64,000 nt of DNA, taken from the NCBI GenBank assembly GCA_963921275.4, contig OZ001293.3, positions 2,880,001-2,944,000 of the forward strand, given 5' to 3'. The notes below the pieces were generated by a model. The model was not told where the DNA came from. It searched no databases and saw nothing but the letters and a program-made list of their open reading frames with translations. This document shows positions 35,218 to 45,672 of this stretch, piece by piece (the stretch's first letter is position 1; each line of letters opens with the position of its first letter). The position numbers and the translations under genes are program-made. This DNA comes from an uncultured Hormoscilla sp. (GTDB lineage Bacteria; Cyanobacteriota; Cyanobacteriia; Cyanobacteriales; Desertifilaceae).

Positions 35218-35829
35218 TTATTTTACCTCCAAAAACTTGTGAGTTTGTAAACTCAAGCGCCATTGCGGGTGCTGCAAAATGTAAGCAAAAACCAGACTAG
35301 GACTAGAGGGAGTATTCCACTCAGGTTGCAGGTACTTCACCACAAAACTTTTCACCTTCAGGGCCTCTTGCTCTGCCCATTCTATATCCTGAGGGCTAGT
35401 AACGACAAACTTCAGTTCGTCCGCATGAGGATAGACAGAGGGGTGGGGAGGCTTAAATGTTTTTGGGGAAAGGGTTACCCAGTCAAAACTGCCAGTCAAG
35501 GGATATGCGCCAGAAGTTTCTAAATGGACTCGCAGGTGAGACTTTCGCAGTGCATCAGTCAGGGGAGTAAGGTCATGCATCAAAGGTTCTCCCCCAGTAA
35601 CGACCACAATAGCAGGAGTTGCAGCAGTAGCTTCTGCCACCAGATCGGGGACAGTCCACTGGGGATGAAGCTTTGGGTTCCAAGACTCCTTGGTATCGCA
35701 CCAAGAACAATGGACATCGCAACCCCCTAAGCGGATCAAAAAGGCGCTGACACCAGTCCAGGCACCTTCTCCCTGGATGGAGTGAAAGGTTTCTACTACG
35801 GGGTAAGTGACTTGAGTCAATAGAGTCAT
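35218..35829 (-). CDS. queE: 7-carboxy-7-deazaguanine synthase
   Basis: [28 protein letters not shown]. Confidence 0.95.
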   Translation of the reverse strand: MTLLTQVTYPVVETFHSIQGEGAWTGVSAFLIRLGGCDVHCSWCDTKESWNPKLHPQWTVPDLVAEATAATPAIVVVTGGEPLMHDLTPLTDALRKSHLRVHLETSGAYPLTGSFDWVTLSPKTFKPPHPSVYPHADELKFVVTSPQDIEWAEQEALKVKSFVVKYLQPEWNTPSSPSLVFAYILQHPQWRLSLQTHKFLEVK

Positions 35830-36052
35830 ACTCAGATCTGGGGCTACAAATCGCTATCGGGGCGAACTGCCCCTTGACAGTTATAATTTCATATTCTATC
35901 ATCCTTGTCAAGGGAGCGGACTTTGTGCTATCCTTACATAGAAGGAATTTTGGCCGGGTTTGAGCAGTAGCAGTTTAATGAGTAGGGAAGCCTGCGGTGG
36001 TGAGCGGTGGTGCCCTACTAAAAGATAACATAATATAAGGAGGTCATGGTTA

Positions 36053-36376
36053 ATGGCAACCAAGGACAGAATCCGCGAGCAGCTAACAATTTTAACTGCC
36101 CTGTGCGAAAGTGGTAATAGTAGTGAGATAGTGGAGCGATCACTCGATAAAATAATTGCCCATGAACTAGCCGTTTTCCAGCAGCTTGCAACGGAGTTAG
36201 CAGGAGAATTACAGCAATTTGAAGCCCAGTATAAAATGTTATCATCAGATTTTGAACAGCTCTTCCGGGCAGGAGAATTAGGGGATGATGTTGATTTTGT
36301 CGAGTGGAATGCTTTTTATAAAATGTGGTATTCCGTGCAAAAACGCCTCAAGATTCTTGGAGCTGAGCTAGACTGA
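36053..36376 (+). CDS. Antitoxin-like protein
   Basis: FEAQY.M.S..F...F.AGELGD..DFVEW. Confidence 0.7.
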   Translation: MATKDRIREQLTILTALCESGNSSEIVERSLDKIIAHELAVFQQLATELAGELQQFEAQYKMLSSDFEQLFRAGELGDDVDFVEWNAFYKMWYSVQKRLKILGAELD

Positions 36377-36692
36377 TGTTGTCAGAGCAGTATCTAATAG
36401 AAATAAAGGTGAGATTGCTGGCTAGTGTTGCTGTGATTTCCCTCACAATTGTCAAACAACGAGCCTTGCCAGAAAAGGGGTATTTTCGGGAGGATATGAG
36501 ACGGTATCTGTAATCCCTACAGCAGAACTTAACAGCCTGATGGAGACAGCCTATTTGTTCGGATCTGGTGAAAATGCAGCGCGTCTCCTAGATGCTTTGC
36601 AACGGGCAAAAGCACGAACGAATAAACATCGAACGATAGAAGACTTGCGTCAGGAGTTTGGACAAGGTATTAAAGAAGAGGAAAATTTATAA
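36376..36692 (+). pseudogene. Chimeric remnant: 5' of a cognate toxin-like gene joined to 3' of a YefM-type antitoxin
   Basis: TGATG coupling; later ELNSLMETAYL..S.ENAARLL.AL.RA. Confidence 0.55.
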
Positions 36693-36924
36693 ACCTGACA
36701 GTCCACAACTATAATCAAGGCGGGCGGTCGCCTTTACTAGGACTATGTCAATAGAAGCGATCGCCTTACATTCAGTCTTCTGATAGGGTGTGGTCAAAAC
36801 CCGTTGGTACTCGGCCTCGCCTTCTGTGCTCCGCACAAGCCCGAACCCTAAAGGGTCCGGCTATATGAACAAAGCCCGCCTGCGCGGGCTATATACATGT
36901 ATCTGAGATGCACTCGGCTATCAA

Positions 36925-37317
36925 CTACTTATGACCACACCTTTCTGATAGAGTCAGCACTCCTGCTTTCCTATCAACAATAAGACGTAGATTTTCCAGC
37001 CAGGGTAAACCCAGCAAAATCTCACTAATTTCCTTCCCTCCTAAGACAGGAAAAGTAAACTCTTGACCGGCAAAAACAACTGTTCCTTCATATACATTTA
37101 ATCTTACATCTCCCCGTGCTGTTCGCATTTCCTGCTTGTCTATATGTAACCATCCCAAACTCTCCACATCTTGGATATCCATCGCTATCCAGTCAGTAAA
37201 ACCGGTGTCTAGCAACGCCTCAACTGTAATCACTGACCCATCAGCAGCAATCAAATCAATTTCAAACAATAGCTCACCTTTGCTACCAAAATATCCTTGA
37301 ATCATATTCTGCCACAA
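36925..37317 (-). CDS. Clan AA aspartyl protease
   Basis: ALLDTGFT, ILLGLPWL. Confidence 0.8.
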   Translation of the reverse strand: MWQNMIQGYFGSKGELLFEIDLIAADGSVITVEALLDTGFTDWIAMDIQDVESLGWLHIDKQEMRTARGDVRLNVYEGTVVFAGQEFTFPVLGGKEISEILLGLPWLENLRLIVDRKAGVLTLSERCGHK

Positions 37318-37643
37318 GTTCCTGTTTCATTCAATCGCATTGCCAAAATTTCTGCCCGAGGATGCTTCTCACGGGCTTTTTGCAAGGCGACTTTGTGATC
37401 CAGGTCAATAAAATAGTCTCCACTGTCTGGCTCAATCAGAATAAACCAGTCATAATGATCCTTGATTAATTCTGGGGAAACTCGGTCAAAAATCTCTCGG
37501 CAACGCTTGCCAAATGCGTCATCGGCGGCCATGCGTTTTTCTATCTCCTCTTGAGAAAGGCGAGGCCGATCGGGAAACAATGGCATACCTCTTGGCACCC
37601 GCCTGCGGGTTTTCTGAATCATCTTTACAACTCCCTTCTTCAT
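37302..37643 (-). CDS. DUF5678-like hypothetical protein, array copy 1
   Basis: IEPDSGDYFID, RLNETGTCGRI. Confidence 0.7.
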   Translation of the reverse strand: MKKGVVKMIQKTRRRVPRGMPLFPDRPRLSQEEIEKRMAADDAFGKRCREIFDRVSPELIKDHYDWFILIEPDSGDYFIDLDHKVALQKAREKHPRAEILAMRLNETGTCGRI

Positions 37644-37706
37644 TCTCTCACCTTAGTTTAGCATCTTCTGGGCTGCGATCGCCATCTTCTGCCCAAATCT
37701 CCTTGA

Positions 37707-38040
37707 ATCATATTCTACCAACACACCTCGTTTCATTTAAACATTTTGCCAGAATTCTGGCATAGCCGTTCGCGGGCTTTTTGGAAGCTGACCTCTCGAT
37801 CAAGATGAAATAATCTCCACTGTCTGGTTCGATATGAATGAACCAGTCGTAATGCTCTTTGACTAATTCCGAGTAGACTCGCCAAAATATTTCTCAGCAA
37901 CGTTGGGCAAATTCTTCATCTGCGGCATTGCGTTTTTCTATCTCCTCTTGAGAAAGGCGAGGCTGATCGGGAAACAGCGGCATACCTCTGGGCACCCGTC
38001 TGCGAGTTTTCTGAATCATCTTTACAACTCCCTTCTTCAT
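37707..38040 (-). pseudogene. Array copy 2, decayed
   Basis: Homologous to copy 1 with stop and indels. Confidence 0.7.
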
Positions 38041-38104
38041 TCTTTCATCTTAGTTTAGCATCAAATGAGCTGCGATCGCCATCTACTGCCCAAATCTCCT
38101 TGAA

Positions 38105-38446
38105 TCATATTCTGCCACAAGTCCCCGTTTCATTCAAACGCATTTCCAGAATATCTGCTGTAGGATGCTTCTCACGGGCTTTTTGAAAGGCTACTTTTGG
38201 ATCTCGATCGATGAAATAGTCTCCACTGTCTGGTTCAATCATGATAGCCCAGTCATAATGTTCCTCGATCAATTCTGGGGAAACTCGGTCGAAAATCTCC
38301 TGGCAACGCTTGCCAAATGCGTCATCGGCGCGGGCGCGTTTTTCTATCTCCTCTTGAGAAAGGCGAGGCCGATCGGGAAACAGTGGCATACCTCTGGGCA
38401 CCCGTCTGCGAGTTTTCTGAATCATCTTTACAACTCCCTTCTTCAT
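38105..38446 (-). CDS. Array copy 3
   Basis: Close paralog of copy 1. Confidence 0.7.
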   Translation of the reverse strand: MKKGVVKMIQKTRRRVPRGMPLFPDRPRLSQEEIEKRARADDAFGKRCQEIFDRVSPELIEEHYDWAIMIEPDSGDYFIDRDPKVAFQKAREKHPTADILEMRLNETGTCGRI

Positions 38447-38510
38447 TCTCTCACCTTAGCTTAGCATCTTCTGGGCTGCGATCGTCATCTGCTGCCCAAA
38501 TCTACTTGCG

Positions 38511-38725
38511 TCATATTCTACCACAAGTTCCTTTTTCATTCAATCGCATTGCCAAAATTTCTGCCCTAGGATGCTTCTGACGGGCTTTTTGCAGGGCGAC
38601 TTTGTGATCTGGGTCAATGAAATAGTCTCCACTGTCTGGCTCAATCAGACAGTCATAATGTTCCTTGATTAATTCTGGGGAAACTCGGTTAAAAATCTCC
38701 CAGCAACGCTTGCCAAATACCGAAG
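38511..38725 (-). pseudogene. Array copy 4, 5'-truncated
   Basis: FGKRCWEIF..CGRI. Confidence 0.7.
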
Positions 38726-38845
38726 GTGGTATAACTTGGAGTCTGTGCGATTGTATGCCACCACCGATACCCCACCTGCTAATAGCTTTTGCGCCATTGG
38801 CAGTCCCATTAGCCCAGTTCCAATTAATCCAACTTTCACAATAAC
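38726..38845 (-). pseudogene. 5' fragment of an NAD(P)-dependent (3-hydroxyisobutyrate-type) oxidoreductase
   Basis: KVGLIGTGLMGLPMAQKLL..YNRT. Confidence 0.75.
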
Positions 38846-39047
38846 CCTTGATCGCGCCATTTGAGATCATACCATAAGAAGGGGCAATATTGGTGGGCGG
38901 TGCCCACCCGACAATTAAGTACATAGGCAAAATTATTTTGATATTTTTCCTCTGAGCAGGGAGAGGGGAGAGGGGATCAGGGAGAAATGTTTGCACAAAT
39001 GATGCCCGACTAGCTATAAAAATAATTTTGCACAACTACTTAACTAT

Positions 39048-40041
39048 TAGACATCTCCAAAATAGAAATTTATGCTATAATAAGATTTGAAAATTTAATT
39101 TTGTGACGAGTATTACCTGGACATATTTGCAAGCCAAGCCTAAAGAAGCAAAACGGCTCATCGGTATCAGCTATGAAAACTTAATACAACTTATTGCAAT
39201 TGCTAAAAAGTTGGATAAAAATCATAAAGAAAAGGTGGAAGAACACAAAACTAGATTGATACGTCGGAGGAGCGAAACCTAAAGGATTAACATTCCAAGT
39301 ATTAGGTATACTTTTGTCAGTGAAAGCTAATGATATTTTTAATTATTGGCAAGAGCTTTTGCCGTTTACTTGAACAAAAAAATGGAGAAGATGAAGAATA
39401 TTTATCCAAACACAGAATATGAGTTGATAGTCGATAGCGCAAGCCATACCAAGACCTAAAGACTATGAAGAGCAGAAAAAGTTTTACTCAGGTAAAAAGA
39501 AATACCATACTTTGAAAAATCAATGTTTTACCTGGTAGCGAAGCGTGCAGATATTGTCGATGTTGTATCTGGAGAAAGAGGCCCAGCAAGCGATATAAAT
39601 CTTGCGAGCGTCGTTTTCGATCCAGATCAAATTTTTGCAGGTGATAAAGCCTATATTGGAGAACCTCAAAACTCCTCAAACCGAAAAAACAGGAATTAAC
39701 AGCTAAACAAAAAGAAGAAAATAGAGATTTTTCTGATAATTTTCGTTGAACACGTCATAAGATTGGTAAAAATTTTCCGGGTTGCCAGCGAGCGATTTCG
39801 GTTAAATATTGATAAATATGAATCGGTAATTTCGACAAAAGTTGGGTTGGTTGCGCGAATTTTAGAAGTATTAGAATCTGTTGATAGCTCTGAAAAACTT
39901 GAGATTAACCAGTACCACCTTTGGAGCTCTTTATTAACAGGAAATCTATCAAACCCAGATTCTGCCGTTTGAGTAACATATGTGAGCATGGGAGGTAGAG
40001 CTTAAAACCCAGAGCTGACAAGGGTTTTATTTTGAGGTCTA
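39048..40041 (+). mobile_element. Decayed DDE transposase IS (IS5/ISL2-like)
   Basis: Left end TAGACATCTCCAAAA; degenerate right end; GDKAYIG motif; many indels. Confidence 0.8.
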
Positions 40042-40051
40042 TTAACAATCT

Positions 40052-40672
40052 TCAATAAATCTGCTCTAAGCGACGAAAATCTCTTTCCACTTCCTCCCAC
40101 AGAGAACGGTTATAGGGGTCGGTTTTCAGAGCCTTTTTCAGATAAGCTCTCGCCTTATTCACCTGTTTTTCATCGATCAGATGACTCCCCCAGCGTTGAT
40201 AGACGATCGCCTGCCACTGACGCACCTCCCGATCGTGAGGGAATCGCCCGGCCAGTGCTTCAACAAGAACGATCGCCCGTGGTAATCGCTGTGCAATCAA
40301 CAATTCTTGCAACTGTTTATAGGAACTATCTTTCAGCTTCTGGTCAGCTTCTGACAGCGGTTTTACGTATTCATCTTTTTGATCTTTTTGATCTTTTTCA
40401 TTTTTTGAACTCTTGGTCTTTACCTTCACCTTTATCTTAGGTGGCTCCTGTTTTCTCTCACTTCCCTGAGGCGCTTTAGTATCTGACGATACAACGCCCA
40501 GGAGAAACTTGTAAGCGTCCGTCAATTGGATAAACTTCTGGGAGGCAAGCTTATCGGTAGAATTGACATCAGGATGATACTGGCGTGCCAACCGGCGGTA
40601 GGAGGACTTAATCTCCGCCAAAGACGCCCCAGGTCTTAACCCCAACAGTCGATAGCACTCTGGAATATCCAT
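40052..40672 (-). CDS. J-domain protein
   Basis: YRRLARQYHPD; TPR-like C-terminus. Confidence 0.9.
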   Translation of the reverse strand: MDIPECYRLLGLRPGASLAEIKSSYRRLARQYHPDVNSTDKLASQKFIQLTDAYKFLLGVVSSDTKAPQGSERKQEPPKIKVKVKTKSSKNEKDQKDQKDEYVKPLSEADQKLKDSSYKQLQELLIAQRLPRAIVLVEALAGRFPHDREVRQWQAIVYQRWGSHLIDEKQVNKARAYLKKALKTDPYNRSLWEEVERDFRRLEQIY

Positions 40673-40741
40673 AATCAAAAATGGCAGAATTTTTTCAATT
40701 CTGCCATCGTGCAAGCTATATTAACAAATGGGAAACATCAA

Positions 40742-41350
40742 TCATTGCCTCGATGCATCCCGATCTTGGATCACCCGGTCAATCAGACCGTACTCCTGAG
40801 CTTCAACAGCAGACATGAAATAATCGCGATCGGTATCCTTTTGAATTTTTTCGATTGATTGACCCGTGTGCTTGACTAACAGCTCGTTCAGCTGCTCGCG
40901 AGTCCGGAGAATCTGCTTCGCTTCAATCTGGATATCAGTCGCTTGTCGGCGTCCAATCCCGCCGAGGGGTTGATGGATCATAATCCGCGAATTAGGCAAT
41001 GCCAATCGCTTACCCTTGCTTCCCGCTGCCAACAGGAAAGCACCCATGCTAGCAGCGAGACCGACACAAATAGTTACCACCTCACACTTGATATGCTGCA
41101 TGGTATCGTAAATCGCCATGCCCGCAGTCACCGAGCCACCTGGAGAGTTGATGTAGATATAAATCGGTTTGCTCGGATCGTCAGAGTCCAGGTAGAGCAT
41201 CACTGCCACAATTGAATTAGCCAGGGAATCTGTAACTTCCCGACCGAGAAAGATAATCCGCTCCTGATAGAGACGATCGTAAATACTAATCCACCGCTCG
41301 TAGGGACTACCAGGCAGGCGGTAAGGAACACTGGGAACACCGATAGGCAT
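40742..41350 (-). CDS. clpP: ATP-dependent Clp protease proteolytic subunit (ClpP3-type)
   Basis: [23 protein letters not shown]; downstream of clpR. Confidence 0.95.
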   Translation of the reverse strand: MPIGVPSVPYRLPGSPYERWISIYDRLYQERIIFLGREVTDSLANSIVAVMLYLDSDDPSKPIYIYINSPGGSVTAGMAIYDTMQHIKCEVVTICVGLAASMGAFLLAAGSKGKRLALPNSRIMIHQPLGGIGRRQATDIQIEAKQILRTREQLNELLVKHTGQSIEKIQKDTDRDYFMSAVEAQEYGLIDRVIQDRDASRQ

Positions 41351-41391
41351 AGGACAACTCTACTCTTTGTCAAAATTGAATTGATAAGGAA

Positions 41392-42078
41392 CTAAGTCAA
41401 GGCAGGTACGGGTTGAGGCAGTTCTTTGGTACTTTCCAAGACCTTGTCTATCAGACCATATTCTTTTGCCTCTTCGGGGGTCAGATAGAACATCCGGTCC
41501 ATATCCTGGGCAATCTTCTCTACTGGTTGACCCGTATTTTGGGAGAAGATGCTCAGCATGGTTGCCTTATTGTCTAGAACTTCCTTGGCCCGGATTTGAA
41601 TATCCGTAGCTTGACCCTGAGTTCCGGTCCTCGGCTGGTTGAGGACAATTGTAGCATGGCCCAGACTGGCTCTGGACCCCTTGGTGCCCGCTGAGAGAAT
41701 CATCGCCGCTGTCCCCATCGCTTGACCGATGCAGATCGTATTTACAGGGGGCTTGATGTACTTCAGGGTATCGCAGATGGCAAAGGCTTCGGTTTCAAAG
41801 CCGATCGCCTCTCCACCATACCAAGAGGTGCCTGTGGAATTGATGTAAAAGTAGATCGGCTTCTCTGGGTTATCAAATTCTAGGTAAAGCAATTGAGCGA
41901 CGATCAGTTCTGTTACGTCTATGCCGACTCTCTGCTTGAGATCGTCGTCGGAAAATAAGGGCAAACCCAGATAGACAATGCGTTCCTTAAGCAATAAGGA
42001 GGCTAAGTCTGGGGGTGGTGTCCGATAATATGCATCTCCGTAGTATGCAGATTGAGCAGCCCGAATCGGTGAGTTCAT
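41392..42078 (-). CDS. clpR: Non-catalytic Clp subunit ClpR
   Basis: RTPPPDL.SLLL.ERIVYLG; catalytic Ser/His absent. Confidence 0.9.
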   Translation of the reverse strand: MNSPIRAAQSAYYGDAYYRTPPPDLASLLLKERIVYLGLPLFSDDDLKQRVGIDVTELIVAQLLYLEFDNPEKPIYFYINSTGTSWYGGEAIGFETEAFAICDTLKYIKPPVNTICIGQAMGTAAMILSAGTKGSRASLGHATIVLNQPRTGTQGQATDIQIRAKEVLDNKATMLSIFSQNTGQPVEKIAQDMDRMFYLTPEEAKEYGLIDKVLESTKELPQPVPALT

Positions 42079-42459
42079 TTTGCGTTACTGCCTAAACCAC
42101 TGTCGTTTTACTTATGGTACCTTGGGACTGCCTACTATTGGAGATTGCCGATTGGGGATTGCCGAATGCGCTCCGACTGTGCGATCACCGGTACTGTCCG
42201 CAGACCGTGCGATCGCCGGTGAGTCCGGAACAATACAACTAATAACTGACAACAAACGGACGGGCGGATCGCCCATCCTCGACTGCTGCGCTTCGGACAA
42301 CCCGTGCCTGCCCTTATGCTGGTGATAGTCAGGTTTGCAGTTCGCGGTTGCCTTCGATATCTCCTGCGGTGCTCTTGCCTCCGGCACGGCACCCACTCGA
42401 CATCGAAGTGCGGTTGTCCAGAGTGTTATCATATTATGGGAAATCGGGAGTTTTGTGTT

Positions 42460-43752
42460 ATGAGAGTTGGTCTAAAAGCTGCCTTGAGTGATGCCAATGT
42501 TGATGAGCGATCGCCGAATAATCAGCGTCAGCTGGCGATTTCCGTAGAAGCGATAGCCTCCACTGACTTGTCCGGGTCGAGGTCTGTGCCCCTGAATTTG
42601 TGCCTCATTCTGGACCACAGCGGTTCCATGGGTGGGCGTCCTCTGAAAACGGTTAAACAGGCAGCCCAGCAGCTTGTAGACCGGCTGAACCCAGGCGATC
42701 GCCTCTCGGTAGTTGTCTTCGATCAGAGGGCGAAAGTAATAGTCCCCAATGGCGTGATTGACGACCCGCGCAGCATCAAGCGTCAGATCGACAAGCTGCG
42801 CGCGGATGGGGGAACTGCCATTGACGAGGGGTTGCGGTTGGGAATTGAGGAACTAGGAAAAGGCAAAAAAGATACAGTCTCCCAGGCATTTTTGCTAACT
42901 GACGGCGAAAACGAGCATGGCTCTAATGATAAATGCCTCAAATTTGCCAAGTTAGCAACGGAGTATAATTTAACCTTGAACACCCTGGGATTTGGCGCCC
43001 ACTGGAACCAGGATATTTTAGAAGCCATTGCTGATGCTGGGGGCGGTACAATGGCTTATATTGAGCGCCCCGAACAGGCGGTAGATGAATTTGGACGCCT
43101 GTTTAATCGCATTCAGTCTGTCGGGTTAACCAATGCCTACCTGCGCCTATCTCTGATGCCCAAGGTCCGTCTAGCGGAACTCAAACCTATTGCCCAGGTG
43201 TCCCCGGACGCGATCGAACTGGCAGTACAACCTGCGGAGTCCCCTGGGAGCGCTATTCGCACTACCTCGGGGACTCCGGAAGGAGATTTGTTCTTGGTGC
43301 GGTTGGGAGACTTGATGACAGGTGACCCGCGAGTGGTACTGGCAAACCTTTACGTCGGCCAGTTGCCCCTCGGAAGTCAGACGATCGCCCAAGTGCAAAT
43401 ACAATACTATGACCCCGCTTTCGGTCGAGAGGGTTTGCTATCGGAAACTCTCAGAGTTGAGGCAAATGTGGTCAGTGCTTACCAACCATCTATCAACCCA
43501 GAGGTGCAACCCCACGTGCTAGCTTTGGCTAAATATCGGCAAACTAAGCTGGCGGAAACTAGACTGCAACAGGGCGATCGCTCGGGGGCTGCCACCCTGC
43601 TGCAAACTGCCGCCAAAACCGCCTTGCAAATGGGTGACAAAGGCGCTGCTACAGTCCTGCAAGAGAATGCCACCCGCTTGCAATCAGGAGAAGAACTCTC
43701 CGATGAGGACAAAAAGAAAACCCGCATTGTCTCTAAGACGATTTTGCAGTAG
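42460..43752 (+). CDS. vWA-domain protein with a 45-nt in-frame hairpin insertion (43234-43278)
   Basis: LDHSGSM, LLTDGENEHG. Confidence 0.9.
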   Translation: MRVGLKAALSDANVDERSPNNQRQLAISVEAIASTDLSGSRSVPLNLCLILDHSGSMGGRPLKTVKQAAQQLVDRLNPGDRLSVVVFDQRAKVIVPNGVIDDPRSIKRQIDKLRADGGTAIDEGLRLGIEELGKGKKDTVSQAFLLTDGENEHGSNDKCLKFAKLATEYNLTLNTLGFGAHWNQDILEAIADAGGGTMAYIERPEQAVDEFGRLFNRIQSVGLTNAYLRLSLMPKVRLAELKPIAQVSPDAIELAVQPAESPGSAIRTTSGTPEGDLFLVRLGDLMTGDPRVVLANLYVGQLPLGSQTIAQVQIQYYDPAFGREGLLSETLRVEANVVSAYQPSINPEVQPHVLALAKYRQTKLAETRLQQGDRSGAATLLQTAAKTALQMGDKGAATVLQENATRLQSGEELSDEDKKKTRIVSKTILQ

Positions 43753-43944
43753 TTTTTCCAGGCTAGTCAATTAAGAATAAGAAACCAGGTTTTTACCGAA
43801 AACCTGCGTCTTGGCTTCTGGGCTACTCCAGCAAGCAACGATCGCGCTTACGATAACTTCTCTCTTCCCTAATCTTATAGGCGCGAAAGCGCCGGGTAAT
43901 CACTTTAGTGATTACTACAAACAGGTAAATACGAGAACAAACAG

Positions 43945-44280
43945 ATGCCTTCCCGAAAAGCCTATCAATTTATCCAAGTGCGAGTGGAATTAAAAGGACG
44001 AGGAGTAACTAATGAAATCGATACCCTTCATATCAATGGCAAAAACCTCAAACCGGGCTTAAAAACCTTGGATGCATTACTAAATTATCTGGGAACACAA
44101 GGCTTCCAGGTGGTAACTTCAAAAATGGCGAAAGAAACATTCTTTATCTACTTCTATACGCTGCAACGTGAAGTTTATACTCAAGAACCCCTCAAAGAAG
44201 ATATCCTTGAAACTATTGCTAATACTCAAACAGGGGCGAGTTTCGGTCATCCTGTCAAGGGTGCTTTCGATTTATTTTAA
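43945..44280 (+). CDS. Hypothetical protein
   Basis: ORF only. Confidence 0.5.
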   Translation: MPSRKAYQFIQVRVELKGRGVTNEIDTLHINGKNLKPGLKTLDALLNYLGTQGFQVVTSKMAKETFFIYFYTLQREVYTQEPLKEDILETIANTQTGASFGHPVKGAFDLF

Positions 44281-44360
44281 AATTAGGCTTTGCACAATCA
44301 AGAAAAGCCTAAGGTGCCCACCCTACTGCAAAGCCTAAGGTGCCCACCCTACTGCTGGGT

Positions 44361-45440
44361 TTAGGCGATCGCCTCTGCCTGGGGACGGGCAAAGACCATC
44401 CGACCAGCAGAAGTTTGCAGGGCCCCAGTTACAACTACTCGGACTTCGGCACCAATATGCTTCCCTGCATCTTCGACCACTACCATCGTGCCATCATCCA
44501 GATAACCAACACCTTGCTGGGGTTCTCTCCCTTGCTTGACAATTTTCAAATTGATGTAGTCTCCCGGGAGATAGGCCGGACGAATTGCTTGTGCCAAGTC
44601 GTTAACATTTAATACGGGCACCTTTTGCAAGCTAGCAACCTTGTTTAAGTTGTAGTCATTGGTCAACAGGGTAGCGTTGATTTCTTGGGCTAAATGCACT
44701 AACTTGGCATCCACTGTGTGAATCTCGTCGTAGTCAGCGGGGTGGATGACCACCCTTTCTGGGTAAGATTCTTTCAGTCGGTTCAGGATCTCCAAACCTC
44801 GCCGTCCCCGGATCCGTTTTTGATCGTTGGAAGAATCTGCTATTATTTGCAACTCTTGTAAGACGAAATGGGGCACCAGAATTTGACCTTCGATAAATCC
44901 AGTGGCGAATAGTTCCTCAATGCGACCGTCGATAATGCAACTGGTATCTATAATCTTGCTAGTTGCTGGCCTCATCGTGCCTTCTGCTAGCAACATGGTT
45001 TCCACGCTGTGGGGATTAATCAGTCTCAGAAAGGCGCGACCGTGGGTATCTGCCAGTCCCATGCCGGAGACGGCAAAAATGATACTGACTAAGACTGCTG
45101 CCAAGGGCTTAATGAAACTAAATTCCTTGGGAATTGGCAACAGGAAAATCGGTGCTAGCATTAAGTTTGCTACTAATAGCCCCATCACTAGGCCAGTGGT
45201 ACGGGTCAGCAGCACTTCTATCGACATCTGCCGGACTTGCCTTTCTAGGCGACGGTAGGAGGTTTGGGTCAGTAATCCTACGGCACCACCTATTATGCCT
45301 GAAAAACCGGCAGTTACCGATCGCAAGCCTTCTTGATTGCTGACTTGCTCTAGTGTATGGTGGGGTAGCAAGTCAATCCCGTGGAAACCGATACCCACTC
45401 CTGTGAGGACGAATACAACAACAATGATTGCATCAAGCAT
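44361..45440 (-). CDS. PIN/TRAM domain membrane protein
   Basis: IDTSCIIDGRI, TND.NLNKVA, GVGYLDDGTMVVVE, QTSAGRM.FA. Confidence 0.92.
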   Translation of the reverse strand: MLDAIIVVVFVLTGVGIGFHGIDLLPHHTLEQVSNQEGLRSVTAGFSGIIGGAVGLLTQTSYRRLERQVRQMSIEVLLTRTTGLVMGLLVANLMLAPIFLLPIPKEFSFIKPLAAVLVSIIFAVSGMGLADTHGRAFLRLINPHSVETMLLAEGTMRPATSKIIDTSCIIDGRIEELFATGFIEGQILVPHFVLQELQIIADSSNDQKRIRGRRGLEILNRLKESYPERVVIHPADYDEIHTVDAKLVHLAQEINATLLTNDYNLNKVASLQKVPVLNVNDLAQAIRPAYLPGDYINLKIVKQGREPQQGVGYLDDGTMVVVEDAGKHIGAEVRVVVTGALQTSAGRMVFARPQAEAIA

Positions 45441-45672
45441 AGTTATACCTTGAGGTTGGGTTTCCTAAGTCGGGTGGGAATTTCTCTGATAGCTGACAAG
45501 TCCCTACGCGAGGTTGACTTGAAAAAAGCCTAGCATAACCGGCTACAAGGAGATTCTACAGCCGGATATGCTAGGCCGCCGGAAAGTTCATTCCTTCTTT
45601 ACTCTATCACAAGTTCATCGGTATTGGCCTAGCTTGACCTCTATTATATCCCTCAGAGGAGGCAAAAACGAG

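Noticed and set aside
34482..35829. queC/queE as a 7-deazaguanine DNA-modification (dpd) defence locus
   Set aside because: No dpdA/tgt-like or other dpd genes nearby; ordinary queuosine pathway is more likely.
42080..42459. Overlapping ORFs between clpR and the vWA gene
   Set aside because: Composed of heptamer repeats and palindromes in a divergent promoter region; no protein motifs.
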